Origin: Veleropilina oligotropha
Taxonomy: Eukaryota
Reading direction: 5' to 3'
NCBI GenBank assembly: GCA_048128005.1
Contig: JBEUKZ010000002.1
Span: forward strand, 124,001-188,000
Length of the DNA stretch: 64,000 nt
In this document: positions 53,746 through 64,000 of the stretch, piece after piece
Position numbering within the stretch: position 1 is the stretch's first letter
Layout: each line of letters starts with the position of its first letter
The notes under the pieces: model-generated
The model's database searches: none
Told to the model about the DNA's origin: nothing
Seen by the model: the letters and a program-made list of their open reading frames with translations, nothing else
Program-made: the position numbers and the translations under genes

Positions 53746-55429
53746 TTCTACCGCTTAAAATTATAGATGAAATATATCGGTCAGATATACCGTAAACCTT
53801 GTGTTCATCTGATCAAATGGAGATGTTAAACAGTCCAATATGAAATATATGCATCACAATCTGCAATGAAAAATATAACTAATAGTATAAGATATTCATA
53901 AAGGAATAATAGAAACAGAACACAGTTATCTCCCCATAATTCGTTCGATCAGGTCTAGATATTAAATAGTTAAATATATAATAATATGCTTCACATGTAA
54001 GAAATGTAACCTCACTAACTATCAGTATATGTTATGCATATAGTTATAATAGAAACCGAACACAGATATTTCCCCATAATTCGTTCGATAAAATAGAGAC
54101 GTAAATAGGTCGGATGTATATAATAATATGCTTCACACGTGGCTATGTAATAAATATTACCTCACTAGCTATCACTAATCGGTATATAAGCTTCATATGG
54201 AGATAATAGAAACCGTACACAGTTATCTCCCCCATAATTCGTCCGATCAAATAGAGACGTTTAACAGTCGGGTATATATAATAATATGCTTCATATGTGG
54301 CAATGTCATAAATATATCCTCGCTAACTAACAGTATATGCTATTCATATAGGGATAATAGCACCTGGTTAAAAACACAGTTATCTCCTCCGATAGTCTGT
54401 CTGATCAAATGGAAATGTTAAACGGTTCAAACATAGATCTATCCCCCTCCCGTTTTGGTTAATATATCTGGGTATTTACTATTTATTTATCATTATATTA
54501 AAGCATTTAGACTGGTCTCTGAATTATCTTAAAAAATACTGAACGAGTACAATAATTGCTGAATTCCCCTAGGGTCGGAAATACGAAATAAAATACTAAT
54601 TGATCATATAATAGGTTTTGGATAACATAGTAAACCGAAAGTTGACTGGAAATCATATGAATATGTCTTTAATATGGTTGTATATGAATATCTTTATTAA
54701 ATCGTATTTATCGAATATATAACTGAAAATACGAAACTAAAATGGTATCCCTTTCATCTCACGCTGCTTTGTTCTCTCTATCGATTGCACAACAACCTGC
54801 AATCTCATTAACGGTTGATTAGTATAACGTTACAATCTATAAATAGTTACAAGAAAGTATATATAAACACAGCAAATCAAAAGATAAAACAGGCTGTGAG
54901 CTTACCGATATGCTGGTAACTATTTCTGTTCGCGAACGTCTTAATTATTATTCGTAATAGCGAAAATGCTCAATAGTTATTTTGGCTGATAATTCTTTGT
55001 TACCTTGATATATTGATATATTTCGATTTCAAATTACATTATCTGTTGACTTACATTGTTATATATCTACTATTCGACGCTTTTATTCAATAAATCTGCC
55101 GTAACACGGTCGCCTAATACAAACAGTTGGGTATACACTACAATTCGTATAAAAGCCAGTTCGCCCCATGCACGACTCGCCAAAGTCCATGTCTATACCA
55201 GTGGTGAAAATACATTTGAATAAACTTTGAATAATATATATAGTACAAACGCTAGAAGGGCTGATATCAGTAATATTTAAAGCTGCGAATAAACAACTAA
55301 CATATAGGGGATGAACAGAATACAGTGTGTACATAACTAGATATATACATATATGGACACACCAGTTGTACATCCACTGTCAAGTTGGTATCACTAAACA
55401 GTAATACAGGTGGAACTCAGGGAAACATA

Positions 55430-55690
55430 TGGGTATCCCCTAGGCTAGGTATCCCCTAGGCTAGGTATCCCAGTAGATACACATATGCACACAGATAGGT
55501 ATCCCAGGTGATATACGGAATATACTATCATACCATATATCATACTAGCTAGGGTTAGCATACTAGCTAGGGTTAGCATACTAGCTAGGGTTAGCATATT
55601 AGAACATACTAGGATTAGCATACTTGAGCATACAAGTGCTAGAACATACTAGCATACCAACTAGGGTTAGCATACTAGCTAGGGTTAGAA
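55430..55690. repeat. 16-bp and 18-bp minisatellites containing a telomere-like TAGGGTTAG core
   Basis: (ggtatcccctaggcta)n followed by (tactagctagggttagca)n. Confidence 0.75.
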
Positions 55691-55860
55691 CGCGAAAACC
55701 TAGGGTTATACCTCCCCCACACCCCGGGAACAGAGTTGGGTCACCCGGGGGTACGGCCACCACACCCTTAAAACCCCCACCCCCGGGGAAATGCCCAAAA
55801 CATGGGGTTACGGTTATTGTCCCTGTTTTGGTAGTCAAGAAACGTCACTACTACTTCTAC

Positions 55861-55929
55861 CTTCATTTTTGCACTCTTGTACAATGCATTCAATCGTTCT
55901 TCGATAGTCAGAGAATCATCAGATAGCAA
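55861..55929 (-). CDS. ACCS: ACCS-like exon (LLSDDSLTIEERLNALYKSAKMK)
   Basis: ttttttcAG|TTGCTA...ATGAAG|GTagaa, 69 nt, phase 0/0. Fills the expected LT.E.L...AK helix preceding G..VRG. The donor is weak. Confidence 0.72.
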
Positions 55930-56508
55930 CTGAAAAAAATTGGCACGATGAAAAATAAAAGATATTTCCAATAAGGCGCCATATCACGACTTGTTCATAA
56001 AATAATTATAATTATCCATATGGATATAGAAGTGTGTGTATCTTGTTTCAATAGATATGTTATAACTTAGATCATTCAAGCGTGGCTCTTATTCATTTTC
56101 TTGCCTGCTCATATTTAATGTCCTGTATATTTCCAATCATTAGGTTCAAAGCAAGATATGCGGAGGAAAGTCCATCGCCCTGGGAAGAACTCCATCTTGA
56201 CCAGTTACGGACAAATTACGTATTGTGCCAACCGAGATTCAAGACCACTACTGTTCGCATCAGCGGAATCAAGCCATTGATTTACGGACTCTGCAACCGA
56301 AACCACACGACTGTTAAAACATGAGTGGGTTCGTGTTCTCGGTAGTAAACGGTCGCAGTTGTACATACTTGACTGGCACGAGTAGGTTTTCTGGTCGTTT
56401 TGCAAGAGATTTAACAGCATAGATTGGACCTCGAATCACACATATAACTTCATTCTAGATTTACAATAGGCATAATACTATATATAATATATAACATCAT
56501 CCACTCAC

Positions 56509-56606
56509 TTCGTTTTCTGGTACATTGTCGTATATTAACACTCCCGCGCGGTCATTCAAATCGTTTTTCGTTCGGTAATAGTAGGGTCGCATACACAGAA
56601 AGTAAT
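56509..56606 (-). CDS. ACCS: ACCS-like exon ((D)YFLCMRPYYYRTKNDLNDRAGVLIYDNVPENE)
   Basis: cttcAG|ATTAC...AACGAA|GTgagt, 98 nt. Its phase-1 start completes GAT with the upstream exon; carries the PYY motif. Confidence 0.85.
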
Positions 56607-57117
56607 CTGAAGGAGTTGAAAGGGTACAAATAATTTGATTTTGATCGATGCCTAGGGCCGTATGCACAAGCCGAACTTTGAGTAAAGTCAAGCTTTGGGT
56701 AAATTTTAAAACAGATTTAAAATAAAATTTGTTCAAGTTTAAGGTGCCCTCACACCATAGCGTATGCTGAAACCTATGAGTTGCGTGTAAAAATTAATTG
56801 TATACGCACCAAACGCTACCGAAATCAACAATTTTGTCAATTTGTAACCAATTCGACCTATGGGTTGCTTGTGAGTTGCGTGTGGGTTGCGAACTGAACT
56901 TATGATCCTTCAATATCTGCGATCATCGGCGTACGAGTTGCGTGCGAGTTGCGTGCAGAACTTACGAGTTACGTTTGAGTTGCGTTCAAAACTTACAAGT
57001 TGCATTTGACCTGCGTGCTAGTTGCATGGTATTTGCGAATATCGGTCATGTGATAAAAAAAAGGCGATCCGATTCAGTATTTTCTTTCAGTACTGATTTG
57101 GTCATCGAAGAGTCAAC

Positions 57118-59004
57118 ATGGGGAAAGGTAGCAAGAAATCAGAAAAAAGTGACCCCAAAAGTGATGTCAAAATTACTGAAACAGCTTCCCGTGGCCGTGG
57201 CCGAAAACAACCAGCAAGAGGAAGAGGTGTGCCGCCTGTTGATGCCGCCCCTGCTCCTCCTACAGAATCATTGACTCGTCACTCCTCCAGTTCATCACAG
57301 CATTCCAACAATGTAGCAGTCATTGATTCTGATGAACATGGCTCTGGTTCTCCATCCAAATCCAAGAAGAAGAAGGTGTCCAAACCCACCAAGCCCAGGA
57401 AAATAAAAGAATCTGCTACCATCAGCGAGGCCAGAGAGATTCTGATGGTTGAGTGGCTGAGGGAGAACCCAAAGGTGTGGAATCCAAAACTCAACGCCTA
57501 CAAAGACACTGGCAAGAGGCTGAAGAGGTGGGAAGATCAGGCCCAGGTGCTGGACCCCTCACACGATGAGATCAAAGATGGCGCCCTCTTGCAGCGATGG
57601 TTCTGGTCCTTGCGTGACATCCATGTGAAGCTTGACAAAGATTTAAAAAGCGGTGCTGGTGCCAGGGAGCTTACTTCAATGACCGAGAGGGAGACGTGGA
57701 TCAATACCCAATTCAGCTTCCTGAAGGGCATCATTCGGCACCGCGGTGAGCCCCTCGTCAGTGTCCGGACAGCTCTCCAGAACACCGGAGGAGACCTCAC
57801 GGCTGCCGAGGCTGCGTGCGCTGAACAAGCTGCAGATGGAGCCACCGGTGATACCACCCCTGACCTGGAACTCATGTGCACCTCCAGGGTGGCAACCAAG
57901 CGCAGCCTCGACGCTGCAGACAGGTATGCATATCAAACCTTAATTGTACATATTGTCTATATATAATCATACGCACTAGTTTGTCAACAAAATCACAAAT
58001 TTAGTAGAAAATAAAGGCATGACGTAGTATAAATTTAATAAATAGGATAATTAATCGTTCGGTGTTGAATGGCCTGCAATAATACACTCACGTTCGTCGG
58101 TTCCGCGTAAAGAACGCGAAAGATACGCTCATTTGTTGTTTACGCGGAGACCGACGAACACTCGTGTATTATTACAGGCTATTCAACACCGAATGATTAA
58201 TTATCCTCTATATATTAATATTATTACAGGGCAGCTGTGGAAGCCCTCCAGAAGAAGGTCACGGACTCCACTGACTTTCTGAAGGAGCTCGCCGCCAAGC
58301 CAAAGGACCAGCCTACCAATGAGAGAGAGGTGTTTGGACAGTATGTCCACAACAGCCTCCTCACCATGTCTAAGGCCCGCTTCAAGAAGACCAGGCTGAT
58401 CATAAACAAGCTGCTCACACAGTTCATGGATGAAGATGCTGCCGAGTCGTCGTCGGAGAAAGAGGAGGAGGTAGATGACATGCAATCGAGGTCAGATCGC
58501 CGACCCGGTGACCAGGAAGCCAGCACCAGCACCCACATACCAGGTCGGCCGATGTCCACACCAGCCCCCGGCTCCTTTGGTGCGTGTGTGTACCCTAACT
58601 ACCAGCCTCCTCCCCACCAGTGGAAATCCAACCCTCCACAAGGCAGTGTCTGGGACTCCATGAGCAAGGACTACATGAGCAGCTATTATGCACGGACATT
58701 CTTCCCACAGCAGCAGCAACAGCAACAGCAGCAGCAACAGCAGCAGCAATACCAGCTACATCAGCAGCTACAACAGCAGCAACAGCAGCAGCAACAGCAA
58801 CTACAGCAGCAGCTACAGCAGCAGCAGCAACAGCAGGAACAGCGCAAGCAGCAGCAGCTGCATACAGACACCAGCCTGTGCAACCTCTCCAACATGTCGT
58901 CACTCCTCGGAGGGTCTCAAACTCCGAGTGCAGCTGCTAAGGATCAGGAGGATGGTGATCTGCTGAACACTCCAATAACAAAGGCACCAGTTACACCGAA
59001 CTAA
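57118..59004 (+). CDS. Harbinger MADF/Myb-like DNA-binding protein, two exons (57118-57923, 58230-59004), ~526 aa, with BESS-like motif and poly-Q
   Basis: MADF pattern MVEWLRENPKVWN...AYKD..KR.KRWE...LQRWFWSLRD. The intron GACAG|gtatgc...ttacag|GGCA restores the frame; EVFGQYVHNSL motif and a CAG/CAA tract in exon 2. Confidence 0.85.
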
Positions 59005-59433
59005 GACTGCTTTAGGATTCAGGACTGCTTGCTCTATGAGTACTTAGCGTTTTAGGACTGCTTTAGTTTTCTACTTGTGTGTTATGTTTCAGTTGATGAT
59101 ATAAATAAAAAGTTATAACATGTTTAAATTGTGTGTGTGTTTGACAAGCTGCATGATATTGAAATGTATGGAACGCCAAATGGCTATTTATTCAGATTTT
59201 ATGGATATCCATAAATGATATAAGTGATATATGGATATCCATAACTGATTTAAGCCTTTTGGCGTTACATACATTTCTATATAATGCAACTTTCATATCA
59301 TTATCATTTCTACGTCAAGCCCATAAAGACAAAAACACAGATTACCAATTGTGACAGATTCATTATGGAACAACAATACAGTATATACATCAATCTCACT
59401 ACAACAACAGTCACTACAACAACACAGGTTCCT

Positions 59434-60699
59434 CTATATCATGCTGTTTTGCCAACGAACAGCACCTGCCTCTGAGTTGACCCAGTGCTTGATGAGGTTC
59501 CTCTGCTTCTTTCCTTTGTTGGTTGCAGTGTTTGGCCCAACAACTACCTGGGTGTCCAGCATATCCCTTCCATCTCTCCAGGCTCCAGCGATGATGACAC
59601 CGTTGTTCCCCACACGGTCGAGCTGCTGATTCTGTAGACCAGGGTAGCGTATCCTCATGAGATTGTGCAGGCAAATGCAGGTTTTGGCTATGAGCTTGAC
59701 ATTTTCTGGAAGATGCTGCATGGTGCCAAGCATAACCTGGAATCTGTTGGCTAGGATGCCAAAGGCATTTTCCACTACCCTCCTGGCACGGGAAAGACGG
59801 TAATTGAAGATCCTGTGGTTATCATCCAGACCACGGAGTCCGTAGGGCTTCATCATGGTCTCTCTGAGGCCGAATGCATCGTCTCCGATGAAGTAGTAGG
59901 GTACATCCTGGGTGTCATTGGGTAGAGGATCTGGTTTTGGAAATCCGATGTTATCCCCTTCCACATATTCCTTCAACTCGCAGTTGTTGTAGATTTGGGC
60001 GTCTGATGAGGAACCTAGACCACCCAGGTCTGCCCAGATAAATTTGTAATCACCATCTACGAGGGCCAGGAGCACCACAGAGTAGAACCCCTTGTAATTA
60101 TAGTACATGGATCCACTGTTGGGGGGACACCTGCATGCCACGTGCTTCCCATCTAGGGCCCCACATGTATGGGAAAAGTTCCACCTGTTCATGAAGTTGT
60201 CTGATATGGCACGCCATCCCTCAGGAGTGGTGGGGCACGTCATCACCTCGTCCAGGTACTCAGCAATTATGGCTTGGCAGACCTCACGGACCACGACTGA
60301 GATGGTGTTGTCTGGTACCCTCCATCCGTACTGCATGTCGGAGTACTGGGTGCCCGAGGCCAGGTGCCGCAAAGTGATTGCCAGCTTCAGGCCAGGGTCC
60401 AGGGGCAACCTGTACTTGGTGTTTTCCTTGGTGATGCGAGGACCAACTCTCCGTAGCAGCTCATCGTACATATCTGGGGGCATCCTCATGAAGTTATTGA
60501 ATGCACCTTGGTCCTCGTTCCGGAGCTCCACCAGAAGCTGGTCGTAGAGACCAAAGTCAAGGCGCCTGCTAATCCATGGTCTAACCCACACTCTTCTTCT
60601 TCTTCTTCTCCCCCTTCTGTTTATTCTATTCTGTAGGTGTTGGAGTGCTAAATTGACCAGATTAAACTGATGTCCAATAACAGCAAGAGCTAGATCCAT
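59434..60699 (-). CDS. Harbinger DDE transposase (HARBI1-like), ~421 aa from the ATG at 60699
   Basis: Uninterrupted ORF with GALDGKH, NYKGFYS, GDDAF and FNYRLSRARRVVENAFG motifs. Confidence 0.95.
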   Translation of the reverse strand: MDLALAVIGHQFNLVNLALQHLQNRINRRGRRRRRRVWVRPWISRRLDFGLYDQLLVELRNEDQGAFNNFMRMPPDMYDELLRRVGPRITKENTKYRLPLDPGLKLAITLRHLASGTQYSDMQYGWRVPDNTISVVVREVCQAIIAEYLDEVMTCPTTPEGWRAISDNFMNRWNFSHTCGALDGKHVACRCPPNSGSMYYNYKGFYSVVLLALVDGDYKFIWADLGGLGSSSDAQIYNNCELKEYVEGDNIGFPKPDPLPNDTQDVPYYFIGDDAFGLRETMMKPYGLRGLDDNHRIFNYRLSRARRVVENAFGILANRFQVMLGTMQHLPENVKLIAKTCICLHNLMRIRYPGLQNQQLDRVGNNGVIIAGAWRDGRDMLDTQVVVGPNTATNKGKKQRNLIKHWVNSEAGAVRWQNSMI

Positions 60700-61839
60700 G
60701 TTGTCACCTCGGAGGTCCACCAACAACTGACACGAATCTAGGAAAAAGCCAACTAGTTATACCATTTCTCAACACGCATGTAGTACGCAACTAACGCGCA
60801 ACTCACACGCAACTAATAGGTTGAATACGCATGGCATAGGTTGGGGATACGCTGGGAATAAGCACAATAGGTTGGGGTACGCTACACACGCAACAGGCAC
60901 GCAACACGATCGCAACAGGTACGCAACACATTCGCAACATGTACGGTACCAAAACCTGGCCAGATACCTCACATTTGGACCTGCGATCACCAACGTTCAT
61001 AACTTATGAGTTGCGTACCTGTTGCGATCGTGTTGCGTGTGTAGCGTACCTGTTGCGTCCCTGTTGCGTATACATTGATCGCAGACATTCGCAGGGAATT
61101 ATTGAACATGTTCAAAATTCCGAACTTACTCTGCGTGTGTCTGCGATCACCTGCGTGCTTGTTGCATATCTCAAACCTATAATACCTATTAGTTGCGTGT
61201 CAGTTGCATTCGGAACTTATGACCACTATTTTTTATTCGCAACCATACGCAACTGGTGATCGCTATGGTGTGAGGGCACCTTTAGGAAGCGCATTACTGC
61301 GATTACGATGGGTTTTAATATGACTGGCAGTAATGCATTTCCTAAACGGTTAAAACACAAACAAATTACATTTTAAATCAATTTCAAACTTTACCCAAAG
61401 CTCGACTTTACTCAAAGTTCGGCTTGCGCCTTTAATGTTCATCATTGGCGAATTGTATTGCGAGTCGAAATTTAAATTGTGCATCATGAGAAACAATAAG
61501 AAGCCACCGCAACCCACCACAACGGAAGAAGAAACACGTCGTAAATCATGGCTGGTCTACCGGTCAGCTACTGGATAGCAATCGGGACCTATGGGCCTAC
61601 TTGTATAATCACATGGAACAATATCTTCAGAATTGCGACCCACTACCATCAAGGTACTATTTTGTTTTAGAGGATGAGTACGAGGGAAATGATGATATAG
61701 ACGGAAGATAAAACAGAAAGTTTGCGAACGTAAAATTGACATACCTCTGGCACGCACTTCCAAACATATACACGATATCGGTATAATGACATGGAAGCTA
61801 CATTAGTTCGCAGATTGTTAATTAAAATGTTGTACAAAC

Positions 61840-61906
61840 CTCCGGGCTCAGCAAGCGAAAAGCCTAGAAACTCAGTCACCCCGGTAGCACCATTGACAAC
61901 GAATAT
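61840..61906 (-). CDS. ACCS: ACCS-like exon (IFVVNGATGVTEFLGFSLAEPG)
   Basis: cttccAG|ATATTC...CCCGGAG|GTttgt, 67 nt. Matches the typical VVxNGxT...L.EPGD aminotransferase segment. Confidence 0.85.
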
Positions 61907-62543
61907 CTGGAAGATACAGAATGGGAAGTAAAATAAAACAATTTAAACTTAAATTTGCATGCAGTGCATACATAAGCTATGCACGTCTATGTTGATGTTG
62001 ACGAAATTGGAGTGGAAGTGATATTATTTTCATTTCAGCGACATCTGATTGGTCAAAAGGACGTCACGTGGAGTATGACAAATACCCATGTCAAATTCGA
62101 CGTTGTTCGTATCACATTGCGCATCGTCTGCCGGAGACACTACATGACGTTATTCATTGCTTAGTGATTGTTCAGGTTGAAAAGCATATACAGTAGTCAG
62201 ATTTTTAAAAATGAAAATAAAAATGTTACCCTGTGACGTCTCGTTTGATACGTAGTTTATCCTGTTCACTATGATAATATCACACTCAACTTTGCATCGT
62301 GTGGCATTTTTAAGCGTACGTATCAAACTCGCCGCCCCAGGATAACGTTAAATATCACTGTTGATTGTGTGCATACAGCAAGTGGTTGTTCACATGAATG
62401 CAACACTAATAACAGGTATCATTCTCAGATGATAATTTATATTTCTGTCATAATTTTGTAATATATTTATTCCTATTTGTTCCATATCAGAAATTTTAGG
62501 GGAAGTGGACAGAAATATGCAGGTATCATTATATTAGACCTAC

Positions 62544-62613
62544 CTCGGAGGCTTTCACAGGCAGGACAGTTTCAAATTGATCGGTCATGAATTCGGCTAT
62601 TGCCTGGCGGAAG
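62544..62613 (-). CDS. ACCS: ACCS-like exon, most 5' one visible (FRQAIAEFMTDQFETVLPVKASE)
   Basis: atgtAG|CTTCCGC...TCCGAG|GTaggt, 70 nt. FRQAIAEFM helix is typical of ACC-synthase-like proteins. The gene start probably lies beyond the window. Confidence 0.83.
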
Positions 62614-63074
62614 CTACATATATAACGAAATTAAAAATGGAAAACTTATTCTAAATAACATGTACTTGTACAAGGTAATGTATGGGAACATCGGATTATG
62701 CAGGACAGACTGGTTGTGTTATTTTGGCTTTGAGTTGATCACCTTTTCCATTTAACATTTGCTATCAGCATTTCGATTATCGTAACACGTGAACGTCGAT
62801 ATCCGACGAAATTGTTACTAATTTTAACATAAATTTTTATTTCAATAGATGGTAACCATATGCGCGTATGACATTTATATATCACAATATGCTGTTAGTA
62901 ATAATTTATCAGAAACAAACAAAATAAAAGCTGCAAAGCAGCTGTAGAGGGCTTCAAGCTGATCACGTCCTATAGCCTGCAGCCATCTTGTCTTATGCCC
63001 GATTGATTTTATGCTCGCAATATAACTTCATCATAAGACGTCCATCATATGTATAAAGTTTCGCCCCGCTGGCT

Positions 63075-63265
63075 TTATGCTTTAAAATCCAAGATGGAGG
63101 CCACATCGGCCATTTTGGAGATTGGACCACACCCAAAATCTCTAGGTGCGGTGTCCTCTCCCAAACCAATGCACATACCAAATTTGATAACAGTCCGTTA
63201 AAAAATGGCCTGTCTTGAGAGATCATGAGGAATCTCACAACCGCAATCTATAAGTGTAGTGTCTG
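63075..63265 (-). repeat. Fragment of the HINE tandem unit seen at 46062-47332
   Basis: aaatccaagatggaggcc...ggaccacacccaaaatct...ccaatgcacataccaaatttga. Confidence 0.65.
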
Positions 63266-64000
63266 AATTTTGAATTCTGAATCGAATGCCAAAAATTTCA
63301 GGTCTGTACACCATTTTGTTGTTCTTTCGAATTTTTTAATTGTCCTAATTTAAAATATCTAAGCTCGAGCATCAATATAAACCGAGTTAGCCATTTTCTG
63401 GCAAACATTTCTTTTTCCTTAATTAGGTCATTTTCCGAAATGTAGGTCAACTGAGGTCAAAGGTCAAGGTCATATGTGGAAGATCAACCATGACTTCCCA
63501 TAGGCTCCCCAATTGCCACTTGAAACAAATGGTCTAATGGCCGCTGAGGCACTTCCTGCTTTTCAATTTTATCTGGCAAATCGAAAATTCCAATTAGCAA
63601 ACGTAACTTAGCATATGCACTAATACGTCTGCGAAGTTTGATCAGTCTAGTCAAAACAGAATAAGAGTTACGGCAGATTTAAATTTGTCACGCAAATTTA
63701 ACTGTTTTTGGAAAATTTTACAAATTTAATGTTTTTTGGAATTTTTTGTAATGCAAATTTAAAATATATAAGATCTAGCGTCAATATTAACCGAGTTGGC
63801 CATTTCAAGGCTACCCGTAGTGTGGAATCCCTTCAAGCAGCCTCCTTTTAAGCAAGTGTATCCTGATACTTTATCAGCATGTCACATATTGAAATTGATA
63901 TATGCCTAACGACCATTAGATTGACATGCAATGGCCAAATCCGCTACCGTGTTTAATTGAGTTGTCAGCCACTGTGAATGATTTTAATGACTCTACAGTC

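Larger units (their letters stand above)
48795..54350. repeat. Fold-back with ~1.3-kb inverted arms (48795-50094 vs 53042-54350), each containing ~120-bp tandem units
   Basis: Direct reverse-complement match, e.g. the SSSVSSLSPSPSEDSDCQ ORF appears at 49812(+) and 53115(-). Confidence 0.9.
56742..61281. mobile_element. Full-length PIF/Harbinger transposon
   Basis: Perfect 21-bp TIRs AGGTGCCCTCACACCATAGCG, TTA duplication at 56739-56741 / 61282-61284, two convergent genes and subterminal ttgcg repeats. Confidence 0.95.
56664..61429. mobile_element. Small palindromic MITE (~225 bp without the insert) interrupted by the Harbinger
   Basis: caagccgaactttgagtaaagtcaagctttgggtaaa is mirrored by tttacccaaagctcgactttactcaaagttcggcttg. 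Confidence 0.75.

Noticed and set aside
55540..55690. True interstitial telomere array
   Set aside because: There is no run of tandem TTAGGG; the motif is embedded in an 18-bp unit.
56130..56430. Coding-looking stretch (ORFs 56082+, 56205-)
   Set aside because: Not needed for the ACCS frame and at most a faint LINE-like remnant; insufficient support to annotate.
59434..60726. Domesticated host HARBI1 gene
   Set aside because: It is flanked by perfect TIRs and a TSD and paired with a MADF gene, so it is a transposon.
63808..63870. Possible further upstream ACCS exon (LLEGIPHYG)
   Set aside because: Weak splice signals and no convincing match to the expected Y...G.. segment; not called.

Overview
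Repeat-rich eukaryotic genomic DNA, probably a marine invertebrate (inferred from the repeat families present). The host gene is a minus-strand PLP-dependent class I/II aminotransferase resembling animal ACC-synthase-like (ACCS) proteins. Seven phase-compatible GT-AG exons can be read: 62544-62613, 61840-61906, 56509-56606, 55861-55929, 9512-9612, 7615-7750 and 1313-1454. One intron is about 46 kb (9613-55860). It holds a ~16.5 kb 55-bp satellite with a 4710-bp higher-order repeat, two large fold-back structures (~11.2-24.4 kb and ~48.8-54.4 kb), an internally deleted Academ transposon, a truncated SCAN-gag Gypsy element, several Helentron-type non-autonomous elements (HINEs) and MITEs. Another intron carries an apparently intact two-gene PIF/Harbinger transposon (56742-61281). 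The left end is a nest of CR1, L2 and HINE insertions. No CRISPR array, rRNA or convincing tRNA gene was found. Most short ORFs in the track are repeat-derived noise.
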